Source: Meiothermus sp. (GTDB lineage: Bacteria > Deinococcota > Deinococci > Deinococcales > Thermaceae). From it: DNA of 43,956 nucleotides. Under the pieces are notes generated by a model that was given only the letters and a program-made list of their open reading frames with translations, was not told the DNA's origin and did not search any database. This document shows, in pieces, positions 1 through 8,227 of the stretch (its first letter is position 1; each line of letters starts with the position of its first letter). The stretch spans positions 1 through 43,956 of the forward strand of contig JANRLD010000091.1 in NCBI GenBank assembly GCA_033762915.1, in the 5' to 3' direction. A program made the position numbers and the translations under genes.

Positions 1-32
1 GGTCAGTAAGTCTAGCATGCAATGAGTTTAGC

Positions 33-65
33 AAAACAAGCTGGCCCATGAAAGGCCAGCTTGTT
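33..65 (-). terminator. Rho-independent terminator-like hairpin after the DNA polymerase gene
   Basis: 12-bp inverted repeat AACAAGCTGGCC (35-46) / GGCCAGCTTGTT (54-65), ending in TTTT on the minus strand. Confidence 0.65.
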
Positions 66-66
66 G

Positions 67-2307
67 TCAGATTAGGTCGGCGAACGCTACAGGTTCCTCA
101 GCCTTGGACAACGTCAGCTTAAGTTCAGGTTCGGCCTTTAGCAGCACACCATTCAGCGTGCGCTGCATGCACTCCAGCATTATCTCGCTGACGACCGGTG
201 CCTCGTGAACTGGACAGGATACACCCACTTCATCGTGAATCTGAATCATCACCTGGGCTTCCAGTCCAGCGCTGCGGAAACGGTCAGTCATCTTGACGAT
301 GGCCTCTTTCACCACATACGCGCTGTAGCCCTGAATAAGGGCATTCTGGCTACTCCTCAAGGCCCCGTGGAACTGTCGCCAGTGGTCACGGTTCTTGGGG
401 TTGTAGTTTTCGGGCAGGTCCAGGTGCTTGATGAAGCCGAAGTCCGGATACTCGACGTAGCCTTTCTGGGTCAACTCAGCGTTGACGTTGGCAATCCAGT
501 CACCAACTTTGGGGTAAGCCTCGAAGTAGCCAGCCACCAGCTGGCGTGCTTCGTTCTCAGCAAAGCCGAAGTTGCGAACCAGCGTGTACTCCGTGCCCGC
601 GTAGATGAGGGCGAAGTTCACTATCTTGGCCTTCTGACGCAAGTCCTTGTGCTTCTTCTTGAAGGTCTTGTCGTCCATGTCTTGGTCGACCTTGAAGGCG
701 TACTTTGCCGTGTGACAGTGCAAGTCACGACCGGTGTTCAGCAACTCCTTCATGGCGTCGTCACCAGACAGCGCAGCACAGACCACCATCTCCATCGCGT
801 TAAAGTCCGCCATGACGAACACTTGGCCAGGGTCAGCCCTGAACGCCCCACGAATGTCGATGCCCTGCAGCCATGGCATGTCGGCCACTTCCTCAGGCAG
901 AAGTCGCGGCATGTTCTGGAAGTTCGGCGAGTTGGACGACATGCGGCCAGAGACAGTGCCCACAGTGTTGTAGCTGGGATGCACGCGGCCGTTCTTGTCC
1001 AGCTTCTCGCGAATACTGTCCGTGTAAGTCGAGGCCAGTTTCTCCAACTTGCCCAGCCGTAGCTTCGCATCGACAAAGCGCCTTGCCTCCGTAGTGAGGC
1101 CAGGTGCTTTGGCGGGTACAGCTAACTTCAGCTTCTCCAGGGCAGTCTTGGCTACCGAAGGCGCCTTCTTGTCCGTCAACTCCAGGACTGGAAAGCCCAA
1201 GATGTCGTACAGCAAAGCACTCAGCTGCTTCGACGACCCCAGCAAGGTATCAGCGTTGAACGAACCATCCTGCCACTTCTCCGCCGGAATTAGCTGCGTG
1301 GCCAGGTCCAACGCCTCCGCAAAGCCTTCCTTGACTCGGTCACCGATGACTTGTTTGGTTGCTTGGAGGTGGCCTAGGTCGGTCCGCAAACCGCGGACCG
1401 TTGCCGCAGTCATGATGGCGTTGACGGGCTGTTCGATGTTGTAGTACAGGTCTTTCAGCTTGGGGTTGTTAGCGAGGAAAGTCTCGACAAACTCCCACAG
1501 GCCGTAGGTGTTCATAACATCGTCCGAAGCGTACTCACCACCGTAGCAAACCGGCACATACCGGAAGTCGGTTGGGAAAGTGCCAGGAAAGTCCACGATG
1601 CCGGCCTTCTTAAGAATGGCCATTATCTTGGCAGTCATCTTGATGATGAAGCCGAACTTCACCGCACCGTTGTGCAGCCCACGCCAGATGGCCATTAGGT
1701 TGTCCAGCCACTCAGGACGCAGGGTGTAGGTTTTGACCTTCTTGTTGTACATCTTGCCGTTCTTGTTGGGCGTCGGAACGGAGGTTATGTGTTCCTGGAT
1801 AAGGGCCTTCTTGATGTTTGCCTCGAGAGTGCCGGTAAGGTCGAAGTCGCGTTCGTCGATACCCAGCAGCGTCTTCGACCACTCCTTCAGGCTTTTCTCG
1901 TGGTTCTCGTTATAGAGGTGCAAGGCCAGCATGGTGTCTTCGTAGGGCATCAGGTCCAGGTCAATGCCCATCGTGACGTTCAGTACCATGCGGTCGTATG
2001 CTGCGTTGTGCATTACAACCTTGGTCTCGGTAAACAGGTCCAGGATGAATTCCCGAACCACCTCTGAGTCTACGTTGGGTGGCTGGTAGTCTAGCCCAGC
2101 AAAGTTCTCGTGGCCAACGGGGATGTAGAAACCCTCGTGCTGGCTTACAGCCACGGAAATACCGACCAGCTTGAACCCCTCTTCCCAGGGGTTCAAGCCA
2201 GTCGTCTCAGTGTCGAATGCAACGAACCGCTGCCCTTTACACCGTTCCAGCAGCGCTGGAAGGCTGGCTGGGTCCAGCAGTGTTTGGTACCTCCTCATGC
2301 TTTCCAT
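67..2307 (-). CDS. Phage family A DNA polymerase (3'-5' exonuclease plus polymerase, no 5'-3' exonuclease)
   Basis: ExoI FDTETTG, ExoII HNAAYD, ExoIII YASDD, motif SGRMSSNSPNFQNMP, motif A DFNAME, motif B RQKAKIVNFALIY, motif C QIHDE. The start may be 2298. Confidence 0.95.
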   Translation of the reverse strand: MESMRRYQTLLDPASLPALLERCKGQRFVAFDTETTGLNPWEEGFKLVGISVAVSQHEGFYIPVGHENFAGLDYQPPNVDSEVVREFILDLFTETKVVMHNAAYDRMVLNVTMGIDLDLMPYEDTMLALHLYNENHEKSLKEWSKTLLGIDERDFDLTGTLEANIKKALIQEHITSVPTPNKNGKMYNKKVKTYTLRPEWLDNLMAIWRGLHNGAVKFGFIIKMTAKIMAILKKAGIVDFPGTFPTDFRYVPVCYGGEYASDDVMNTYGLWEFVETFLANNPKLKDLYYNIEQPVNAIMTAATVRGLRTDLGHLQATKQVIGDRVKEGFAEALDLATQLIPAEKWQDGSFNADTLLGSSKQLSALLYDILGFPVLELTDKKAPSVAKTALEKLKLAVPAKAPGLTTEARRFVDAKLRLGKLEKLASTYTDSIREKLDKNGRVHPSYNTVGTVSGRMSSNSPNFQNMPRLLPEEVADMPWLQGIDIRGAFRADPGQVFVMADFNAMEMVVCAALSGDDAMKELLNTGRDLHCHTAKYAFKVDQDMDDKTFKKKHKDLRQKAKIVNFALIYAGTEYTLVRNFGFAENEARQLVAGYFEAYPKVGDWIANVNAELTQKGYVEYPDFGFIKHLDLPENYNPKNRDHWRQFHGALRSSQNALIQGYSAYVVKEAIVKMTDRFRSAGLEAQVMIQIHDEVGVSCPVHEAPVVSEIMLECMQRTLNGVLLKAEPELKLTLSKAEEPVAFADLI

Positions 2308-3016
2308 ATACCTTGTCTAGGTCCTCCTTGCACCACAACCAAGAGTCGCCCACGATTCGCTTGGCACGTACGTCTTTGAGTCGGCCGGTTTTCCAGTCAT
2401 TAATGAACGCCTGACGCGTAATTCCAGCGAGTCGAATGACTTCGTCGGTACTTAGGTAGGTTTCTTCGACAGTCTGACCTTCTGCGTCGTACTGCACACC
2501 ACTTCCAAGCTTTTGCTGCAGCCAGGACTCAGCCCGGTTGCGCAGCAAGCCAGTAACCACAGACAGCAGGGAGGGCTTCGGGTCCTCAGATTTACCGCCA
2601 GCCAGTTCGCCCAGGACTTGGCCAACCCGCAAGCCAGTCAGCGGTACGAACATGCTAAGGATTAGGCCTACCCAGAAGCTAATGGCGGCGGCGCTATCGC
2701 CCGCCGCCATCGCTGGAAAGTGGCTGTGTACCATCGAGTAAGCTACGGCAAACCAGACCAGCAGCATCGCGTACACACTGCCCTGTTTGGCAATGCGCGA
2801 ACCGGTCAGCACACCCACAAAGCTGAAGTAGATAACGGCCAAGTCCAGGCCGATGGCCACACCAAAGCCAGCAAGCCAACCCGGAATGACCAGGTTGTTC
2901 AGCACGATGTCCTTGGTGTTGTAAAGCATGAAGCTATCCAGCACGTGTAGAAAGCTGGTTACGAGGATGGTGACGTAGACCATAAGGCCTACGTACACGA
3001 GGATGGTCTTGTTCAC
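2237..3016 (-). CDS. Membrane protein (about 4 TM helices) with C-terminal excisionase/MerR-like HTH
   Basis: Four hydrophobic segments in the N-terminal 130 aa. C-terminal YLSTDEVIRLAGITRQAFINDWKTGRL...VGDSWLW resembles an excisionase-type winged HTH. Confidence 0.7.
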   Translation of the reverse strand: MNKTILVYVGLMVYVTILVTSFLHVLDSFMLYNTKDIVLNNLVIPGWLAGFGVAIGLDLAVIYFSFVGVLTGSRIAKQGSVYAMLLVWFAVAYSMVHSHFPAMAAGDSAAAISFWVGLILSMFVPLTGLRVGQVLGELAGGKSEDPKPSLLSVVTGLLRNRAESWLQQKLGSGVQYDAEGQTVEETYLSTDEVIRLAGITRQAFINDWKTGRLKDVRAKRIVGDSWLWCKEDLDKVYGKHEEVPNTAGPSQPSSAAGTV

Positions 3017-3258
3017 TTAAGCTTCCTCCCGTTCACGAATACAGTGATGGCCACGGCCAGCAGCGCCAGGGGCCACACCGAGGCAAGCATGCCGTGCAGG
3101 AGACGACCCTCCCAGCCGTACTGCTGCACCCACAAGTCAATGCTGTCGCTTTCCACGAACACTCCAGCAACCGTCGCGTAGAAGATTATCGCGGCATCTC
3201 GAAGGCTAAGTTCGCCGGTTAAAAACAGTACCAAGGCGCACATGGACGCGGCGTACAT
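3013..3258 (-). CDS. Small hypothetical membrane protein
   Basis: Hydrophobic 81-aa ORF with a 4-bp overlap with the next gene; fits the operon packing. Confidence 0.6.
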   Translation of the reverse strand: MYAASMCALVLFLTGELSLRDAAIIFYATVAGVFVESDSIDLWVQQYGWEGRLLHGMLASVWPLALLAVAITVFVNGRKLK

Positions 3259-3266
3259 GAAGTGTT

Positions 3267-3800
3267 TTATTCCACAACTCCGTAGCCGTAGTCCAGAATT
3301 TTGGGATGGCCGTTATACAACCGCACCAAGTTTCTCCAGTGCAGGTCACCACTCATGCTGCGTGGTACAATCCTTTCCACCTTGCTGTAGAGACCGATGT
3401 CGCCCTCGTTGTGGGGGTAATACCGGGTGACAATGACGCCGTTGTTGTAGTGAATTATGGGTGCCAGCAGCGCCCTCAACTTGGGGTTCGACACGCCGTA
3501 GTGGTTCCATCGTCTGTGTTCGGCGTACGACTCCGAAATGGCAGCTTTGCGAAGGGGCACCTTAACGACGTAGTCCCCAACGCGAAGCGCTGCCCGATAG
3601 GCCCCGTTTCCTACAAGAACAACCAACGGAAGCCCGCTGTCGAGTGATGCCAACGACTGGACCTTCTTGGTGATGATGTTTGCGCGCTGTCTGCTGCCTC
3701 GCGCACCTACGTTCTCCCAAAGCTTGGCTTTTGCGATGGCATCAGCTAACCGAATGACTTTCTTTGGAGTTGCGGAGTTTGTCTTCTTCTTAGTCGACAT
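3267..3800 (-). CDS. Minimal protein-kinase-like (PKL) fold protein
   Basis: Gly-loop GNGAYR, VVKVP lysine, catalytic loop DLHWRN and ILDYG (DFG equivalent). GAGG SD upstream. Confidence 0.75.
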   Translation of the reverse strand: MSTKKKTNSATPKKVIRLADAIAKAKLWENVGARGSRQRANIITKKVQSLASLDSGLPLVVLVGNGAYRAALRVGDYVVKVPLRKAAISESYAEHRRWNHYGVSNPKLRALLAPIIHYNNGVIVTRYYPHNEGDIGLYSKVERIVPRSMSGDLHWRNLVRLYNGHPKILDYGYGVVE

Positions 3801-3808
3801 GGGTTACC

Positions 3809-4285
3809 TCAGGAGTAGTCCAGCAGTTTGGGGTGGTTGTTTTTGAGTGCAACGAGGTTGTGGGGTGTTATGTCGTACAGGACTGAGTCTCCGAAGATGT
3901 CCACAAGGCGTGCGTACCATGCAGCCACTTCCGCCTCGGTGTACATCTCGAACTCGTACATCTGCACGACCATGACGCGACCGCACAGGGCGTACGGCTT
4001 AGCGAGATACCGCCGACCACAGGGGGAGGCGGTATGGTAGGTGTCCCATTCGAACTTGTTGGCTTTGATGCCGTCTTCGCAGGTGGGCACCTTGATGGCG
4101 AAACCTTCGTACGCAAAGACAGCACGATGACGGCCGTGGTCGAGGAACTTCAAGCCCTCGAGATGCTTGAGGCGGCTTACCACCCGCCTCGCTTTCTCGT
4201 TGCGGCTGTCGTGGGAATTCGAAGTCCACGGGGCCAGTGAGTCTATGGCGACAGCCATTTGTTTGGCGGCAGCCAGACTTGGCAT
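3809..4285 (-). CDS. Minimal protein-kinase-like (PKL) fold protein, paralogue of the neighbouring gene
   Basis: DHGRHRAV, AIKVP, DITPHN and HPKLLDYS are colinear with the neighbour's motifs. Confidence 0.72.
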   Translation of the reverse strand: MPSLAAAKQMAVAIDSLAPWTSNSHDSRNEKARRVVSRLKHLEGLKFLDHGRHRAVFAYEGFAIKVPTCEDGIKANKFEWDTYHTASPCGRRYLAKPYALCGRVMVVQMYEFEMYTEAEVAAWYARLVDIFGDSVLYDITPHNLVALKNNHPKLLDYS

Positions 4286-4722
4286 TAGCGAATGACCTCT
4301 GCCAGAGTGGCCGAAGCCAGGGACTGCTGATGGACACTGCCAGGGACTTGCCGTTCCAGAGTCAGGCTGTAGGCGTGAGGCAAGTGCGTGGCACTGAAGA
4401 CGGTGTACAGGTTGTCCAACGAGTAGACGCCGTCCAGCGTGACGGTGGCAGAACTGTCGCCAAACGACACCCGGAACCGGTCACCTTCATACACACCCTC
4501 AACGCCCAGGACAGGCGTGCAGGCCGTAGCGTTGCACAGCTGCGCACCTCCGAAGACTTTGTTGTCTCCGGCCTGGATGTCCAACTTCACTGCGACACCG
4601 TAGAAGTCGCCATACCAAAAGCCGGTGAGGATGGGGTTGGGGCTGACGGGCTGATAGGGCTTGCTGGTGCAGCCAGCGGCCAGGAAAAGGGCGGTGAGTA
4701 GGATGACCAGGAAAGTTTTCAT
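4285..4722 (-). CDS. Phage lipoprotein
   Basis: ATG at 4722 with GGAG SD. Signal peptide MKTFLVILLTALFLAAG-C has a lipobox; the mature part is beta-rich. Confidence 0.75.
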   Translation of the reverse strand: MKTFLVILLTALFLAAGCTSKPYQPVSPNPILTGFWYGDFYGVAVKLDIQAGDNKVFGGAQLCNATACTPVLGVEGVYEGDRFRVSFGDSSATVTLDGVYSLDNLYTVFSATHLPHAYSLTLERQVPGSVHQQSLASATLAEVIR

Positions 4723-4731
4723 GTTGACTCC

Positions 4732-4765
4732 AAAAAGTAAGGCCCCTGCCGCAAAGCAGGGGCCT
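4732..4765 (-). terminator. Rho-independent terminator after the RNR gene
   Basis: 10-bp stem AGGCCCCTGC/GCAGGGGCCT followed by TACTTTTT on the minus strand. Confidence 0.7.
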
Positions 4766-4777
4766 CTAGTTGAGGGA

Positions 4778-7453
4778 CTATCCGCAGGTGCTGTAGTCGC
4801 ACTCAGTGCAACTGTTGCAACCGCCTTTGCGGACGACAATGCCCTTCTCGCACTGCGGGCATTGGTTAGCCTGGGGCAGTGCACGAACGGTGCTGGTGGC
4901 GCGAACGCTGTTGAGGACTGGGGCACTGCTGGTCAAGGCTTTGGCCACCAGGGACCACTTGCTGTTGACCATGCCGTGGCCTCTGACGAGACCGCCAGTC
5001 ATGTCGAAATGACCGTCGAGGTGCCTGGCGACTTCGTCAGGCGTTGCACCGTGCTTCAAGGCCACACTGATGAGGCGGGCGATGACGCCCGCCGCAACCT
5101 GTTCGTCAGGCGATGGACGGCTGAGGTTGATGAACACTTCGATGGGACGGCCAGCCTCGTCGGTATTGACGGTGACGTACATCTTGCTGCCTCCAACGGC
5201 GTAGCGGAAGGTCTGACCGTTCACCACGTCACCCCTAACCAGGGCAGCAGGCTGCTGCGCGCCCTCAGGGGCGCTTGCAGCAACAGCAGGAAGTGGGTTA
5301 GATGATGCCTCAGGATTGGACTGCACAGGCGTTTCAGCCTCAGTCCAGGTCTCCTGACGTGCAGCCCAGTCTTCGAACGACTCCTCAGTCTCTTCCGAAG
5401 ACAGTACCTGGAAAGCACGACTACCGTCACGGTAGACGGTGATACCCTTACAGCCAGCCTGGTGGGCCGTAGTGTACGCATCCAGCACGTCCTTCACCGT
5501 GGCCTCATTGGGCAGGTTGATGGTCTTGCTGATGCTGTTGGCAGTCTTGGGGTAGTAGGACAAGCCTTGTTGGGCCGCGGCTTGCATCAGAACGTGTCTG
5601 GTGGGAGTGACTTCGTGGGCGGTGATAAAGACGTCCAGAGTCCTTGGCAGCCATTCACGGTCAACGATAGGAAGAAGGCTGCCCTTGGTCAGCTGCAGTG
5701 CCTTGGCCAGCAGTTCCTCGTTGAACCGGCCATTGGCAGCCCACAGGGGGCTATTGGGTACCGGCCGAAGCTTGCTGATGACTTGCAGCAGCAGGGGGCT
5801 GACCATACTGTGGTTCTCGGTACCAATGCGCCGGCTGTAACCCAACTTGTAGAAGGGTTCGATGCCGCTGGACACCTCGGCAATCATAGAAGTTGTGCCG
5901 GTAGGCGCAACCGTCGTGACAGCGACGTTGCGCATCTTGCTGGTAACTGGCAGACCTTCAGGAACGCCATGCGCTTTTGCCAGTCTAGTCGAAGTAGAAA
6001 CGGCTTCAGCGCTGATGAAGCGCATAATCCTTTCGGTAGCTTCGACGGCTGGAGGAGTGCCGTAAGTGAGGTTCAGCTTCACCAGGGCATCTGCAAGACC
6101 CATCACACCCAGGCCGATTCGACGATACTTCCGGATGGCTTCGGCAATCTCAGGAAGCGGAGGAACAGTGACGTCTAGAACTCGGTCCAGGAAAGTTACC
6201 GCGGTAGACACCACCTCACGAAGACGGTCCCAGTCCATGTAACCGGGTTTTGTGCCGTCCCAGTTGATGAAGTTGGACAGGTTGATGGCCCCCAGGTTGC
6301 ACGGTTCGCCAGGGTACAGAGGAATTTCGCCGCACGGATTGGTGGCTAGGATGGGACCCTTGATGTCTATGAGTGCGTTGTCTTCGTTGATGGAGTCGAC
6401 GAACAGCAGGCCAGGTTCGCCGGTAGCGTGGGCCTGAGTGGCGATGGCGTTGAGAGTGCGTGCGGCATCCGAGTCGGGGTCAGACTCAGCCTTCTCCATC
6501 ATCTCGTCAGTTGCCAGGACTGAGATGTTGAAGGTCGAAATGTCGCCGTGTTCAGCCTCGACTTGCAGGTCTTTACAGCCAACGAACTCCAGCGCATCGG
6601 GGTGAGTCCACTGCAGGGTAGCCATGCCAGCACCACGACGCGTCCCACCCTGTCGCACCACGCGCAGGGTGGGCGCATACACGTACCGCAAAGTGGCTAC
6701 AGGGCCAGCGGCCTTGCTGCCGCCCAACGATGCCCAATACGCGAAGCTGTCGAACACCTCGTAGGCAAATGACACAGGGCCAGAAGCAGTGCCACCAGAC
6801 CCAGATACAGGCGTACCGGCAAGACGAATGCTACTGGTGTCGATGACTACATCAGCGCCTTCTTCCAGAAGGTCCACCATCTTTGCCGCAGCCCGCCAGA
6901 TGCCTTTGATGCTGTCGTTCACGACTACGCTGTGACGACCTCTCTTGACGCCCTCGATACGGCTGGTGCTGCCGTTTACCTTGACCACCTCAGCGTAGCG
7001 CCAGTTGTGGGACCTCACCTCACCGATGACCGGTTCCAGGAACGAAGCACTCAGCAACTGGGCCTCGACTTCGCGGCGACTGTCAACGATATACAGCTTA
7101 CCGGTTCCACCGTCAGGCTTGCGCTTGAACGGAATGTTGCCCAAATAAATACCACACCCACCTCCGACCTTCGTGACGAGGGCCAGCTTGAGGGCGGTGT
7201 CCATGATTTTACACCCGGTGTCGCTGCCATCGCCGTCCAGCACGAAACAGTTCAGGCCGTTGCCGTGTTCCGTACCAAGGCCAGCCAGGATGCGTCCGCC
7301 AGGGATGAAGTCTTTCCGTGCCATGATGGCGTAGAATTCGTTCTCCTCGTCGATGCCTCTGGCCGCCACCTTGGCCACACGCCGAAAGCCCTGGTCCATG
7401 GTCTCGGTAGGGTTGATAGCGTACTGCTGCTTCCAAAGTTGTTCAGGTGTCAT
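4778..7453 (-). CDS. nrdJ: Class II (adenosylcobalamin-dependent) ribonucleotide reductase
   Basis: PGGRIL, NCFV, RRGAGM, TNPCGEIPL..CNLG, RRIGLGVMG, APTGTTS, SISKTINLP and KGITVYRDGSR motifs. C-terminal TSCPD-like region and Cys-rich tail (CPQC...GCNSCTECDYSTCG). No NrdB nearby. Confidence 0.92.
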   Translation of the reverse strand: MTPEQLWKQQYAINPTETMDQGFRRVAKVAARGIDEENEFYAIMARKDFIPGGRILAGLGTEHGNGLNCFVLDGDGSDTGCKIMDTALKLALVTKVGGGCGIYLGNIPFKRKPDGGTGKLYIVDSRREVEAQLLSASFLEPVIGEVRSHNWRYAEVVKVNGSTSRIEGVKRGRHSVVVNDSIKGIWRAAAKMVDLLEEGADVVIDTSSIRLAGTPVSGSGGTASGPVSFAYEVFDSFAYWASLGGSKAAGPVATLRYVYAPTLRVVRQGGTRRGAGMATLQWTHPDALEFVGCKDLQVEAEHGDISTFNISVLATDEMMEKAESDPDSDAARTLNAIATQAHATGEPGLLFVDSINEDNALIDIKGPILATNPCGEIPLYPGEPCNLGAINLSNFINWDGTKPGYMDWDRLREVVSTAVTFLDRVLDVTVPPLPEIAEAIRKYRRIGLGVMGLADALVKLNLTYGTPPAVEATERIMRFISAEAVSTSTRLAKAHGVPEGLPVTSKMRNVAVTTVAPTGTTSMIAEVSSGIEPFYKLGYSRRIGTENHSMVSPLLLQVISKLRPVPNSPLWAANGRFNEELLAKALQLTKGSLLPIVDREWLPRTLDVFITAHEVTPTRHVLMQAAAQQGLSYYPKTANSISKTINLPNEATVKDVLDAYTTAHQAGCKGITVYRDGSRAFQVLSSEETEESFEDWAARQETWTEAETPVQSNPEASSNPLPAVAASAPEGAQQPAALVRGDVVNGQTFRYAVGGSKMYVTVNTDEAGRPIEVFINLSRPSPDEQVAAGVIARLISVALKHGATPDEVARHLDGHFDMTGGLVRGHGMVNSKWSLVAKALTSSAPVLNSVRATSTVRALPQANQCPQCEKGIVVRKGGCNSCTECDYSTCG

Positions 7454-7467
7454 GGTCCTCCAATAAT

Positions 7468-7496
7468 GAAGAGGCGGGCTTAACGCCCGCCTCTTC
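7468..7496 (-). terminator. Stem-loop overlapping the stop of the Zn-ribbon ORF, immediately upstream of the nrdJ SD
   Basis: Perfect 12-bp inverted repeat GAAGAGGCGGGC/GCCCGCCTCTTC; weak U tract. Confidence 0.5.
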
Positions 7497-7665
7497 TAGG
7501 TCTCTTATTGTCGTCGGCGTCGTATTGCTTTAGGATTGGCGCAGAGTCTGTAGTCCAGGCCCGTTTGCACTTGGGACATTTGTACGCCGGACCGTGACGC
7601 GACATGGCCTCTACAAGGCTGTCGCGTCCACAGTCTGGGCACCGGGGCTTGGGGAATTTCGCCAT
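7480..7665 (-). CDS. Small zinc-ribbon protein (61 aa)
   Basis: ATG at 7665 with AAGGA SD; CPDC...CPKC; basic C-terminus. Confidence 0.65.
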   Translation of the reverse strand: MAKFPKPRCPDCGRDSLVEAMSRHGPAYKCPKCKRAWTTDSAPILKQYDADDNKRPRRGGR

Positions 7666-7675
7666 ACATCCTTGG

Positions 7676-7798
7676 CTAGCTGTGCCAGCCGTCGTACACG
7701 TGGGATTGGTCCATCGCATCCTCGACTTCTTCGCCTATGCAGTCGCAGTAGTCGCAGTTGCAGTCGTCAGTGCCTGTGCAGTCGTCTACTTCGTCCAT
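7676..7798 (-). CDS. 40-aa acidic Cys-rich peptide (not in the ORF track)
   Basis: Manual translation: MDEVDDCTGTDDCNCDYCDCIGEEVEDAMDQSHVYDGWHS*. Fills the gap between the macrodomain and Zn-ribbon genes and overlaps the upstream stop by 13 bp. Confidence 0.6.
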   Translation of the reverse strand: MDEVDDCTGTDDCNCDYCDCIGEEVEDAMDQSHVYDGWHS

Positions 7799-8226
7799 AG
7801 CCACACGTTGTCGGGCAGTCCTGCTGCCTCAATTACCGGGGCCACTTCCTCGACTTTCAACCGACCAAGGCCAATGCCAGGGTACGGAAGGTGGATTATC
7901 TTGTCCGTACCATTCGCGTAGTCGCGCAACTTAGCGGCTGCGCGAACAATGAGGTCAAGGTCAGCAGGGTCCTTGAAGTGGCGTTTAGTCTGAAACGCCA
8001 GCAACACACGTTCGGCGTAAACGGCGCCTACTAGATGATAGTCAGGACCTTCACTTGCCACTCTCTGACCGAACAGGTAGTCCAGGCCCTGGTACCGGCG
8101 TGCGGCCTCAGCCGCAAAGCCGGCACCCATGACCAGACGTCCGTGCAAGATGACGTTGTTAGTCGGCACGCAGATGACGTCGGTAGGGCCTACAGAGGCC
8201 CACAGGTTTCCAGTTTTTTGTTTCAT
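7786..8226 (-). CDS. Macrodomain (Appr-1-p processing / ADP-ribose binding, Poa1p/DarG-like) protein
   Basis: TGNLW, PTN...VMGAGFA, FQTKRHFK and LPYPGIGLGRL motifs. ATG at 8226 follows the upstream stop directly. Confidence 0.85.
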   Translation of the reverse strand: MKQKTGNLWASVGPTDVICVPTNNVILHGRLVMGAGFAAEAARRYQGLDYLFGQRVASEGPDYHLVGAVYAERVLLAFQTKRHFKDPADLDLIVRAAAKLRDYANGTDKIIHLPYPGIGLGRLKVEEVAPVIEAAGLPDNVWLWTK

Positions 8227-8227
8227 T

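Noticed and set aside
4285..4926. 213-aa version of the lipoprotein ORF
   Set aside because: The extension overlaps the nrdJ 3' end and its terminator; the signal peptide and SD indicate a start at 4722
4778..7453. Intein or intron in nrdJ (or in polA)
   Set aside because: Conserved motifs are contiguous; no intein termini or homing-endonuclease motifs seen
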